From positions 390,001 to 422,000 of the forward strand of contig OZ253438.1 in NCBI GenBank assembly GCA_965261025.1: DNA of 32,000 bases, read 5' to 3'. The notes beneath the pieces were generated by a model. It worked only from the letters and a program-made list of their open reading frames with translations, made no database searches and was not told the DNA's origin. Shown in pieces: positions 1 through 8,808 of this stretch (positions within the stretch are counted from its first letter, which is position 1; every line of letters begins with the position of its first letter). A program made the translations under genes and the position numbers. This DNA is from Chlamydiales bacterium (GTDB taxonomy: Bacteria; Chlamydiota; Chlamydiia; Chlamydiales; SM23-39).

Positions 1-1
1 G

Positions 2-556
2 CCTGAAGTAGGTTTTTCTTATCATAAACAAAAGCCTGTCCAAAAACCTATTCAAGCAAGTTCTAGTGTAGAAATCGTTTCTGTAGGAACGACAAGGTAT
101 ATAGGCTCAGGGGACAGAAAGGTTTCTTTTGCCTGGTTTGGTCCTTGGCTAGGAATAGATTTATCTTATTTTCCTCTCTCCTTTTTTGAGCTTTTTGGGG
201 AATACAAATTTCACTTGGGAAATAGTCGTCTTTTTGGCAAAGCAGATCTTCTTTTAACCCAAACATTTCCAGAAGCTACTCCTCAACCTACAGCCACCGT
301 ATTAGCATTTCGTACTTTCCAAAAAGATAAGGCCTTAGGACATGAAGGAACGCTTGGATTTCGTTATAGATTTTTGAAGCGCTATTTGGCGGGCTTAAGA
401 GGTGGCTATACAAGCTGGTATGTTCTTTTTGGAAGAAAAGTAAATAAGTATGAAGAGATCTCTATAGAGTCTCTTCCCGTTTCAGCAGTGGGAAAAGCGG
501 ATAAAATTTATTGGCGTTCCTGGAATATTTTAGCTTTTTTTGGTTTTGATTTCTGA
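2..556 (+). CDS. 3' end of an outer-membrane beta-barrel (autotransporter/Pmp-like) protein; 5' part lies outside the window
   Basis: Frame 2 is open from the first base of the window to the TGA at 554-556; the ORF track only starts it at an internal TTG at 215. The translation shows beta-strand-like alternating aromatic/polar runs (GFRYRF, YTSWYVLF). It ends ILAFFGFDF, and a terminal Phe is typical of OMP barrels. Confidence 0.45.
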   Translation, partial: PEVGFSYHKQKPVQKPIQASSSVEIVSVGTTRYIGSGDRKVSFAWFGPWLGIDLSYFPLSFFELFGEYKFHLGNSRLFGKADLLLTQTFPEATPQPTATVLAFRTFQKDKALGHEGTLGFRYRFLKRYLAGLRGGYTSWYVLFGRKVNKYEEISIESLPVSAVGKADKIYWRSWNILAFFGFDF

Positions 557-1429
557 AGAGAGACTCTTTAATCTTTGACTAGCACTTCCTGACCAGTTTA
601 ATTTTTTTCTAAGGGTGGAAAAGTAGTCATTTTTTTCTAGATTTACAAGACGAAAGAGATGATTGCTTTTTTCTATGGTAAGAATTTCTTCTTTCATCAA
701 AAAAGCATCTAGTCCATCAGCCCTAACTTCTATGGGTTTATCTTGGTTTATACACTTAATTGTTACTTTGTGATGAGAAGATAAGACAAAAGGGCGATTA
801 GAAATGGTATGGGCACAAATAGGTGTTATAACAAAAGCATCTAGATTTGGTGTTAAAATAGGTCCTCCTGCTGCTAAAGAATAGGCGGTAGAACCATTTG
901 GCGTAGAAATGATAAGACCATCTGCTACGAATGTGTTTACATAAACGCCATCAACTTCTATGTAAAGTTCAATAAGACTAGAATTAGTATGCCTGTGAAG
1001 AACAAGATCATTGGCAGCCCTACATTTTTTTTTGCCCATTACTCCTTTTAGTACCAGTCTTTTCTCCACAGAGTATCTTCCCTCAAGGAAGTCGATAAGA
1101 TGGGTCTTGTATTCTTTTATAGGAATATCTGTCATAAAACCCAAATGGCCTAGATTAATCCCAAGAATGGGAGATGTATAATCAATATATTTGTGATAAA
1201 GTCTTAAGACACTACCATCTCCTCCAAAAGCTAAGAAAAAATCTATTTTCTCCTTAGGAAAAGAGGAGAGAGAAGGAAGATTCATTTCTTTAGAAAAAGC
1301 ATCTTCTACTACTAGAGAAATCCCTTTTTTTTCAAAAAAAGTCTTTATTTCCTTGGCAATCCCAAATGATTTAGGAAATTGCTCATTGGGGAATAGAGCA
1401 ATGATCATGAAAGTCCTGTTTTTTCCCAT
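530..1429 (-). CDS. nadK: NAD(+) kinase
   Basis: 299 aa with the GGDGSVLR and NGSTAYSLAAGGPI motifs of NAD kinases. Its start overlaps the dxs stop by 25 nt, consistent with an operon. Confidence 0.9.
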   Translation of the reverse strand: MGKNRTFMIIALFPNEQFPKSFGIAKEIKTFFEKKGISLVVEDAFSKEMNLPSLSSFPKEKIDFFLAFGGDGSVLRLYHKYIDYTSPILGINLGHLGFMTDIPIKEYKTHLIDFLEGRYSVEKRLVLKGVMGKKKCRAANDLVLHRHTNSSLIELYIEVDGVYVNTFVADGLIISTPNGSTAYSLAAGGPILTPNLDAFVITPICAHTISNRPFVLSSHHKVTIKCINQDKPIEVRADGLDAFLMKEEILTIEKSNHLFRLVNLEKNDYFSTLRKKLNWSGSASQRLKSLSSEIKTKKS

Positions 1430-3324
1430 TCAAAATGGTTTTCAATATATTTTGCAATAGATTCAGCGGAGAGCCCCGCTTTTTTTAAAAGGATTTCTCT
1501 ATCTCCATGCTCAATAAAAGCAGAAGGAATTCCTAGATTGATCACAGAGATATGTTTATTAAGCTGGTGCTGAAATAAAAAATTATTGATGAGACTTCCC
1601 AGACCTGAGGTTACGCAGTGCTCTTCCAGTGTTAGGACTAGATGATGTTTAGAAATTACATCATAGAGAAGATCTGTATCTAAAGGTTTTAAAAAAATAG
1701 GATCAATGATTGTGGGAAAAATACCCTTTTTTTCTAGGAGTTCTCTTGCTTTTTGGGCCATTTCATTTAAATGGCCCAAAGCGAGGATCACTACTTTTTC
1801 TCCATAGGCTAATACCTCTGCTTTTCCGAGTTTTCTCTTTTGCAAAAAAGAAGAACCTTCTTCTGTAGGTAGATTAGGATATCTTATAGATATGGGGCTA
1901 TCATAGGAAAAGGCACTTTCCAAAAGTTCTTTTAAAAGCTGTCCATTTCTTGGTTGGCACACAATCATATTCGGCATACTGGTTAAAAAAGCGATATCAT
2001 AAATACCATGGTGGGTAGAACCATCAGGTCCTGATATAAAAGAGCGGTCGAGGGTAAAAATTACAGGAAGCCTTTGTAGACAAACATCTTGAAATACATT
2101 ATCGAAAGCTCTTTGCAAGAAAGTAGCGTAAACAGAACAAATTACTTTCATTTTTCTACAATAAGAAAGACCTCCTGAAAAAGTAACTGCATGTCCTTCA
2201 GCTATTCCCACATCCAAGGATCTTTTAGGAAAAAGTTTCATAAAGTCCTCTAGCGAAGCTCCGGCAGGAGTTGCAGGGGTTACTACCATAAAATAAGGGT
2301 TTTCCTGGCCCATTTTTACAAGGTGTTTTCCAAAAATCTTAGGAAAAGTAGGTCTTTTAGAAGGCGAAGGTAAGAATTTACCACTTACTAAATCAAAAGG
2401 CTTTACTCCATGATAGGATGTGGGGTTTTGCATAGCAGCAGGTAACCCTCTTCCCTTTTGGGTCAAAACATGGACTAAAACGGGACGAGGAGTATCTTTT
2501 AATGCCTTGAAGGTAGAAATTAGTTTTCCTATGTCATGTCCATCAATAGGCCCCACATAGCTGAGGCCAAAATGTTCAAAGAAAACAGCCGGACTTACTA
2601 AATTTTTCATCGATTCGGTAAGAAGCTTTCCTTGATTTGCTATCTTTTCTCCTAGGCTGGGAATTTTTTTTAAAAAAGATTGTACTTCGAAGTAAAGCTT
2701 ATTAGCGGTAGGGCTGTTTACAAAACGACTCATAATGTTTTTAATATTCCCCACATTTTGGGAAATCGACATCTTATTGTCATTTAAAATGACGATTAAT
2801 TTTTTCAAAGAGGGGGGGATATTATTAAAAGCCTCTAAAGTCAATCCACATGTTAAGCTGGCATCTCCAAGAATGGGAAGCACATGATAATCCTCTTGGA
2901 AAAAATCCCTTGCAGAAGCTACTCCTAAAGCTAAAGAAAGGGCGGTTCCAGCATGTCCTGCATAGAAATGATCATGAGCAGACTCAGTGGGATCAGAAAA
3001 ACCAGAGATGCCTTGATATTTTCGTAACGTGGGAAAGCGAGCATTTCTTCCTGTTATTATTTTATGAGGATAGCACTGGTGACTTACGTCAAATATAAAA
3101 GGATCTTTAGGGGAGGAAAAAACCTTATGAAGGGCAATAGTCAGCTCAATGATTCCTAAGTTAGAAGAAAGATGCCCTCCATTTACCGAAAGAACTGTTA
3201 AAATCCTTTGGCGAATCTCTTCTGCCAGTTCTTTTAGCCCATCTAAAGTAAGTCCTTTTAAATCTTGAGAAGAAAAGCTCTCTGTTAGATAAGAAGTTCT
3301 TTCTTTTTCTAAAATGTTACTCAT
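1405..3324 (-). CDS. dxs: 1-deoxy-D-xylulose-5-phosphate synthase
   Basis: 639 aa. N-terminal GHLSSNLGIIELTIALHKVF, a GDASLTCG TPP-binding region and a transketolase-like C-terminal domain, all typical of DXS. Confidence 0.95.
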   Translation of the reverse strand: MSNILEKERTSYLTESFSSQDLKGLTLDGLKELAEEIRQRILTVLSVNGGHLSSNLGIIELTIALHKVFSSPKDPFIFDVSHQCYPHKIITGRNARFPTLRKYQGISGFSDPTESAHDHFYAGHAGTALSLALGVASARDFFQEDYHVLPILGDASLTCGLTLEAFNNIPPSLKKLIVILNDNKMSISQNVGNIKNIMSRFVNSPTANKLYFEVQSFLKKIPSLGEKIANQGKLLTESMKNLVSPAVFFEHFGLSYVGPIDGHDIGKLISTFKALKDTPRPVLVHVLTQKGRGLPAAMQNPTSYHGVKPFDLVSGKFLPSPSKRPTFPKIFGKHLVKMGQENPYFMVVTPATPAGASLEDFMKLFPKRSLDVGIAEGHAVTFSGGLSYCRKMKVICSVYATFLQRAFDNVFQDVCLQRLPVIFTLDRSFISGPDGSTHHGIYDIAFLTSMPNMIVCQPRNGQLLKELLESAFSYDSPISIRYPNLPTEEGSSFLQKRKLGKAEVLAYGEKVVILALGHLNEMAQKARELLEKKGIFPTIIDPIFLKPLDTDLLYDVISKHHLVLTLEEHCVTSGLGSLINNFLFQHQLNKHISVINLGIPSAFIEHGDREILLKKAGLSAESIAKYIENHFEWEKTGLS

Positions 3325-3614
3325 GAAATCGTATCTTCCTGGGAAAGGGAAGAAGATCTATCAGGACAAAAGGGTTCTTTTTTTGGGTTTTTTTCTGCGT
3401 CAAGCTCTAGATTGCCTTCTCGACTTTTCAAAAGTGTCTCAATTTTTCTCTCTGCTTCTTCAAGCTTTCCTTGGCAGTAGCCTAAAAGAGTATTGCCTTG
3501 TTCAAAAAGTTCCAAAAGCTTTTCCAAGGGGACTTCTCCCTCGTTCATTTTTTGAAGGATCATCTCTAACTGGGAAAAGGCCTCTTCAAAGGAGAGGCTA
3601 ACTGGGGTTTTCAT
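3321..3614 (-). CDS. xseB: Exodeoxyribonuclease VII small subunit
   Basis: Small helical protein; FEEAFSQLEMILQKMNEGEVPLEKLLELFEQG matches the XseB N-terminal pattern. It sits between xseA and dxs with 17-nt and 4-nt overlaps. At 97 aa it is somewhat longer than typical XseB. Confidence 0.85.
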   Translation of the reverse strand: MKTPVSLSFEEAFSQLEMILQKMNEGEVPLEKLLELFEQGNTLLGYCQGKLEEAERKIETLLKSREGNLELDAEKNPKKEPFCPDRSSSLSQEDTIS

Positions 3615-5025
3615 GAGATTCTACCTGGTTTATAGTTGCGCAGATTTTTCCATCTTTTAACAGAGCGTAAAAGCGCGCTCCTTCCTCTACTTCCTTGCTA
3701 GAGAGGATAATGGAATGGTCTTTTTCGGAAAAGAGAATGGTGTATCCTTTTTTCAGTAAATTTCTTGGATTCAAGTCCTGAAAGTGGTTTTTTAAGCCAG
3801 AAAATCTTTTTTCCAGCTCTTCTTTTTTTCTTAGTAAAGAAATTCTTAAGATAGAAGAGGCTTGTAGAGAAGAAACCCTTTCCTTCTTTCTTCTTATACA
3901 AGAAAAGAAGGGGGCTTTCCAGCTAGAAACTACTTTAGAAAAGCTTTGTTTGTAAAGAGCTATTTGGTTTTTAGGTCCTAGGAGGATGAGTCTTTTCTTT
4001 ATCTCCATAAGTTCTTTTTGAGGTTTCTGTAGGAAAGTAGAAATAAAGTAGGTAAAAAAATGTTCTTTTTCTTCCACTTTTTGAATCCATTTACTCAAGA
4101 GAAGATAGGGAGAAGAAAACAACGATTTATCTCGGTAGTTTTTCTGTCTTTGCCAGTAAGATTGGATTTGGCTTTCCGTTTTTTTAGTAATATTTTGAGA
4201 AAGCCTTTGCAGGTCTTTTAAAAGATTTTTTTTCTCTCTTACCACAATCTCAGCAGCAGCAGAGGGAGTAGGTGCCCTATAGTCTGCGACAAAATCACAA
4301 AGGGTAAAGTCCGTTTCATGACCGACAGCAGAAACAATAGGAATCTTGGATTCATAAACGGCTTTTACTACTTCATCTTCATTAAAAGCCCAAAGATCTT
4401 CTATAGATCCGCCTCCCCTTGCTACAATGATTACTTCGACCAAATTGTATTGATTTAGATCAGAGATTGCCTGAGCTATTTCTCGCGAAGCGCCTATCCC
4501 TTGTACTTTGACAGGATTTAAAAGCAGAGAAATATTGAAAAATCTTCTCTGCAAAACATGTAAAATGTCTTGAATAACGGCTCCTGTGGCCGAAGTAACA
4601 ACTCCAATTTTTTGAGGAAGAAAAGGGAGCTTTTTTTTTCTATCTGGATCAAGCCATCCTTTTTGCCTTAATAGTTCCTTTTGTTCTTGAAGCCTTTTCA
4701 AAAGAGCTCCTTCTCCTTGTAGCTCTATGGAACGAACTATAATTTGATAAGAGCCTCTAGGAGCATATATAGACAGTTGGCCGGAAAGCTGAACTAAATC
4801 TCCTTCTTTTGGACTAAAAGAAATCTTTGTGAAATTTTTGAACAAGGCTATGGATATCTGGGCACTTTCATCTTTTAAGGTAAAATAGGTGTGCCCTGAT
4901 GCTTGTTTTCGTAGATTAGAAACCTCTCCTTTTACAAAAACTTTTTGAAAACGGGGTTCTATCTCTTTCTTCAAAAGAAGCGTAAGTTCTGATACGGAAT
5001 AGACCATAGGATGCATAAAGATCAT
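3598..5025 (-). CDS. xseA: Exodeoxyribonuclease VII large subunit
   Basis: 475 aa with an OB-fold-like N-terminus. The core ARGGGSIEDLWAFNEDEVVKAV...VGHETDFTLCDFVADYRAPTPSAAAE is typical of XseA. Exact start among M1/M4/M7 is uncertain. Confidence 0.9.
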   Translation of the reverse strand: MIFMHPMVYSVSELTLLLKKEIEPRFQKVFVKGEVSNLRKQASGHTYFTLKDESAQISIALFKNFTKISFSPKEGDLVQLSGQLSIYAPRGSYQIIVRSIELQGEGALLKRLQEQKELLRQKGWLDPDRKKKLPFLPQKIGVVTSATGAVIQDILHVLQRRFFNISLLLNPVKVQGIGASREIAQAISDLNQYNLVEVIIVARGGGSIEDLWAFNEDEVVKAVYESKIPIVSAVGHETDFTLCDFVADYRAPTPSAAAEIVVREKKNLLKDLQRLSQNITKKTESQIQSYWQRQKNYRDKSLFSSPYLLLSKWIQKVEEKEHFFTYFISTFLQKPQKELMEIKKRLILLGPKNQIALYKQSFSKVVSSWKAPFFSCIRRKKERVSSLQASSILRISLLRKKEELEKRFSGLKNHFQDLNPRNLLKKGYTILFSEKDHSIILSSKEVEEGARFYALLKDGKICATINQVESHENPS

Positions 5026-5107
5026 TGTAGGCTTTCGATTTAAAACTTGCCAAGAAAACTTGCCAAAGGCAAATTATCTCTACAGAGATATTCTCTTTAG
5101 GCAGATC

Positions 5108-5839
5108 ATGAAGTGGGTTTTGGGAAATTGGAAGATGCATAAGACAGGGGAGCAGGCTCGAGTTTTTATTGAAAAACTTTGCCAATATACTTCTTCTTTT
5201 TCTCAGAAAGTAGCCCTCGCAGTTCCTTTTCCTTTTTTAGAAAGGGCTGTTTCTTTAACCAAAAAAAGTCCTATATGGGTAGGAGCCCAAAATATGCATG
5301 AAGAAGAGCAAGGGGCCTTTACGGGCGAGGTCTCTGTTTCTATGATTCAAGATACGGGAGCAAAATTTGTTTTATTAGGTCACTCAGAAAGAAGGAGATT
5401 TTTTCAAGATACCGAAGAAAAGATCCGGAAAAAGGTGATTCTTGCTTTAGAAAAAAAACTCGCTCCTATACTCTGTGTGGGAGAAACCAAGGAAGAGAGG
5501 GAAAAGGGGTTTTCTTCTGTTTTAAAACGACAAATAGAAGAAGGATTGGAACTTGTCTCGGTTTTTCCCGAAAATCTTTTCGTAGCCTATGAGCCTGTTT
5601 GGGCGATAGGGACCTCTCTGGCTGCAACGCCAGAAATAGCGGAAGAAGTGCATGATTTCCTCTACCAGCTTCTCCAAGAAAAGTGGGGGGAAAAGGCAAA
5701 AAAGATCCCTATTTTGTATGGTGGCTCGGTGAATGAAGGTAACATAGCTTCTTTTTTAGAAAAGGATTCGATCGGAGGGGTTTTAGTAGGGGGTGCTTCC
5801 TTGGAAATAGGGGCTTTTTTAAAGATGGTGCAGCAATGA
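5108..5839 (+). CDS. tpiA: Triosephosphate isomerase
   Basis: Motifs NWKMH, GHSERR, AYEPVWAIGT and GGASL. I prefer the ATG at 5108 (MKWVLGNWKMH) to the track's upstream ATG at 5060, because TIM normally begins a few residues before NWK. Confidence 0.9.
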   Translation: MKWVLGNWKMHKTGEQARVFIEKLCQYTSSFSQKVALAVPFPFLERAVSLTKKSPIWVGAQNMHEEEQGAFTGEVSVSMIQDTGAKFVLLGHSERRRFFQDTEEKIRKKVILALEKKLAPILCVGETKEEREKGFSSVLKRQIEEGLELVSVFPENLFVAYEPVWAIGTSLAATPEIAEEVHDFLYQLLQEKWGEKAKKIPILYGGSVNEGNIASFLEKDSIGGVLVGGASLEIGAFLKMVQQ

Positions 5840-6126
5840 CAGTGTTATTTTATTTTTTCCTGAGCGTTTTCTTGCTCTTTTGTGTATTTCTCTGTTTTAT
5901 CATTTTAATTCAAGAGTCTAAAAGTTTGGGGTTGGGAGCTTCGTTTGGAGGGGATAGTGGAGACTCTTTGTTTGGGACTTCTACGGCAGAGGTGTTAAAA
6001 AAGTTTACTTCTTATCTCCTTGCTATTTTTTTGATTTCTTGTGTAGTTCTTTCCCTTTGGACAGCTCATTTAGGTAGGAAAATAGATGTATCTTCTCCCC
6101 AGGTAGAAGAGCTTGAGCCGTCCTAG
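5836..6126 (+). CDS. secG: Preprotein translocase subunit SecG
   Basis: 96 aa with two TM helices flanking a Gly-rich loop (ILIQESKSLGLGASFGGDSGDSLFG), the SecG signature. ATGA overlap with the tpiA stop. Confidence 0.8.
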   Translation: MTVLFYFFLSVFLLFCVFLCFIILIQESKSLGLGASFGGDSGDSLFGTSTAEVLKKFTSYLLAIFLISCVVLSLWTAHLGRKIDVSSPQVEELEPS

Positions 6127-7658
6127 TAGTTTTTTTTGATATATTCTGCCACCCTTAGGCTGTTTGCAATGATAGTCAAGGCAGGATTTACCGCTCCACT
6201 CGAAGGAAAAAAGCTTCCGTCTACTACGAAGGCGTTTTCTAAGTCATGTGTTTTGCAATAAAGATTTAAAACAGAGTTTTTAGGATCCCTTCCAAACCGC
6301 ATAGTTCCCACCTGGTGGGCCACTCCTGCTAGAGGAATCTTTTTTGCTAGATAGGCTTGATTCGAAAAATGAAAAAGGTGTCCTCCTATCTCGTTTAAGA
6401 TACTTTTTAGTTTTTTTAACAGTTTTTTATGGGCCTTCAAGTTATTTGGATTGTAATGAAGGCAGATATTTCCTGAGGAGTTAATTTGTACTCGGTTTTC
6501 TCTATCAGGAAGATCTTCTGAGGTAATCCACCAACCTACAGAATGCTGTGCTAATTTTTCTAGAAGAACTTTAGGAACAAAGAAAGGAGCGCCAGCTTCT
6601 AACATTTCCTTTTTTACTTTTCCTAAAAGCTGGATATGTCCTAGAGGGTAAGGCTCTTTTTCGGTTTTATGATAAAAATCATTTATGCCGAGAGTTTTTT
6701 GAAAAGAAACCGGATTCTTTTTAGTAGAAATGGCTATAATGGCGGAATTGTTATGGCACATATAATTTCTTCCTACAAGATCAGAGCTATTGGCAAGACC
6801 TTGAGGGAACTTTTCCGTTTTAGAGCGAAGAAATAAAGCGGCTGAGTTAATAGCTCCACAGCTTATAATGAAAAGATCTGAGGAGAAAAGCTCTTTTTTT
6901 CCCTGTACTTCCACTTCCACCGAGACAATTTTTTTTCCTGAGTTATCTGGATTTAAACGAAGGGCTTTAGCCTCGGGTAAAAGTGTTATATTTTCTCTAG
7001 CTAGAATAGGCTCTATACAAAGTCTATGAGCATCCGATTTAGCATCTATTTTGCAAGGATAGCCATCACAAGTAGAGCAGCGAATACAAAGACTTTTTTG
7101 CGGATTTTTTTCATTTAGACGAATTCCCAAAGGGAGAGGAAAAGGAGAAAATCCTTTTTGTTGGAGCTTTTCGAAGATGGCTTGAATAAAAGGTTCATGG
7201 CTTACTTCTGGGTAAAAATAAGGGTGTTTTTCCCAAGGTTCAGTAGGATCTTTTCCCCTGGCTCCGTGAACTTGATATAGCTTTTCTGCCTCCAAATAAT
7301 AGGGCTTGAAATCCTCATAAGCTAAAGGCCAGCTTAAAGACCTTCCTCCATAATGGTTGATTTCATTAAAATCTGCTTCTCTGAGTCTTAATAAAGCAGC
7401 TCCGTAAAACTTCGTATTTCCTCCTACAAAATAATGCGTTCCTGGTGTGAAGGGGGTGTTATTTTTATCGAACCAAGTTTCCTTAGGTAGGTAGAGACCT
7501 TTTATAAAAAGAGAGGAAGGATCCCAATTTTGTTCTTCCTTGGGTAAAAAAGGACCTCTTTCTAAGATAAGGATTTTTTTTCCGGAAGAGGCAAGAGAGT
7601 AGGCCATAGTAGCCCCTCCTGCTCCTGTTCCTATGATGATAATATCGTAGTTACTCAT
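6123..7658 (-). CDS. GMC-family FAD-dependent oxidoreductase
   Basis: N-terminal YDIIIIGTGAGGATMAYSLASSGKKILILERG dinucleotide-binding motif. C-terminal FVVDGSFFPSSGAVNPALTIIANSLRVAEYI matches the GMC C-terminal pattern. Also has a Cys-rich CIRCSTCDGYPC segment. Confidence 0.8.
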   Translation of the reverse strand: MSNYDIIIIGTGAGGATMAYSLASSGKKILILERGPFLPKEEQNWDPSSLFIKGLYLPKETWFDKNNTPFTPGTHYFVGGNTKFYGAALLRLREADFNEINHYGGRSLSWPLAYEDFKPYYLEAEKLYQVHGARGKDPTEPWEKHPYFYPEVSHEPFIQAIFEKLQQKGFSPFPLPLGIRLNEKNPQKSLCIRCSTCDGYPCKIDAKSDAHRLCIEPILARENITLLPEAKALRLNPDNSGKKIVSVEVEVQGKKELFSSDLFIISCGAINSAALFLRSKTEKFPQGLANSSDLVGRNYMCHNNSAIIAISTKKNPVSFQKTLGINDFYHKTEKEPYPLGHIQLLGKVKKEMLEAGAPFFVPKVLLEKLAQHSVGWWITSEDLPDRENRVQINSSGNICLHYNPNNLKAHKKLLKKLKSILNEIGGHLFHFSNQAYLAKKIPLAGVAHQVGTMRFGRDPKNSVLNLYCKTHDLENAFVVDGSFFPSSGAVNPALTIIANSLRVAEYIKKNY

Positions 7659-8751
7659 ACTCTGCCCAGGTTATAACTGTTTTGATTTCTTCTTCCGTTT
7701 TTTTTTCAAAGGCCTTTGCAAAGTCTTGATAAGGGATTTTACTAGTGATTATTTGTCTTATTAATCCCCCCCATTTTTCTTCTGCTTTTTTTAAATCTTC
7801 TACTGCAGAATGAAAATTTTCAAAGGACGCATTTACGCTTCCTAAAATTACTTGATTTTTCAATACCAGCTGTTTCATAAGAGCATTTCCTTGTACTTTT
7901 AAAGGGGGACCTTCTGCAGGAACTCCTGTTAGGACATAAATACCGTTGATACCCAATAGGGATGCAAGATCAAAATCAAGTTGAGCTATGCCAGCTGCTT
8001 CTAAGATCATATCTGGAAAAATATTTTCTTTGGACAAATAGGCTTGAAGATGTTTCTCTCCCTGTAAATAGAGCCCACCTAGCTGTTCAAAGATTTTGAC
8101 TTTTAGGGAAGTCTTCTCAGCAAGATCAAGTCCCAATATTTTAGCTCCTTTTAAGGATAGGACCATAGTAGCTAATAGTCCTATAGGCCCAAGACCTGCT
8201 ACTAAGACATATTTTTCTTTGGGAAAATCTGTTAGTTTGAGACGCGTTTTTTGGATAAGGGTGGCTTCTTCTATTGCTTTTTCTACTACTGTTGTAGGCT
8301 CGGTTAAGACAGCCACAGAAGCGATTTCTTTACAGAGGGGAATGACATATTTTTCTTCTTCTACTACATATTCTGTTTGATACCCTTGTTTTTGTTTAAT
8401 TCCTCTTTCTTGATATTGGCCTGTTTCGCAAAAATCATAGCGATCCTCTTTACAAAATTTACACTGATTACATCCTCTTCGGACTGTGAGAACTACGAGG
8501 TCTTTTTTTTTCACCTTAGTAACTTCTTTTCCTACTTCATATACTTCTCCTAGCATTTCATGGCCGATGATTAATTCCTCTTTTCCGGGAGGGGCTTCTG
8601 CTCTTCCTCCCGCCACTTCTTCTTTGTCTGTACCACAGATTCCTACCTGTAAGATGCGTATTTTTACCTCATTGGGTTTTGTGATATGTACTTCTTCTAT
8701 ATCGACTATATGTAGATTTTTTGTACCAGGCTTTAAAGAAAGGGCTTTCAT
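7651..8751 (-). CDS. Zinc-dependent MDR-family dehydrogenase (glucose 1-dehydrogenase-like)
   Basis: GICGTDKE...GHEMLGEV catalytic-zinc motif, CNQCKFCKEDRYDFC structural-zinc Cys cluster, and VAGLGPIGLL Rossmann motif. Its stop region overlaps the downstream GMC gene start by 8 nt. Confidence 0.8.
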   Translation of the reverse strand: MKALSLKPGTKNLHIVDIEEVHITKPNEVKIRILQVGICGTDKEEVAGGRAEAPPGKEELIIGHEMLGEVYEVGKEVTKVKKKDLVVLTVRRGCNQCKFCKEDRYDFCETGQYQERGIKQKQGYQTEYVVEEEKYVIPLCKEIASVAVLTEPTTVVEKAIEEATLIQKTRLKLTDFPKEKYVLVAGLGPIGLLATMVLSLKGAKILGLDLAEKTSLKVKIFEQLGGLYLQGEKHLQAYLSKENIFPDMILEAAGIAQLDFDLASLLGINGIYVLTGVPAEGPPLKVQGNALMKQLVLKNQVILGSVNASFENFHSAVEDLKKAEEKWGGLIRQIITSKIPYQDFAKAFEKKTEEEIKTVITWAEYE

Positions 8752-8808
8752 AAATCCTCTTTTTTAGAAAATTTTTTTTATAGCAGAGAGAAAGGAGATA
8801 CCCAAGAG

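Noticed and set aside
63-266. 67-aa minus-strand ORF at the left edge
   Set aside because: It is antisense to a frame that is open from the window start to 556 and encodes an OMP-like C-terminus. It has no recognisable features. The same reasoning applies to the track ORFs at 2850, 3314, 3698, 4916, 5466, 8096, 8486, 9459, 10427, 13174, 14242, 16932, 18953, 21939, 23558, 24698, 27199, 30672 and 31254, which are shadows of well-supported genes.
5060-5107. Upstream ATG extending tpiA by 16 codons
   Set aside because: TIM proteins begin a few residues before the NWKMH motif, and ATG 5108 gives MKWVLGNWKMH. The extension would also nearly abut the divergent xseA start.
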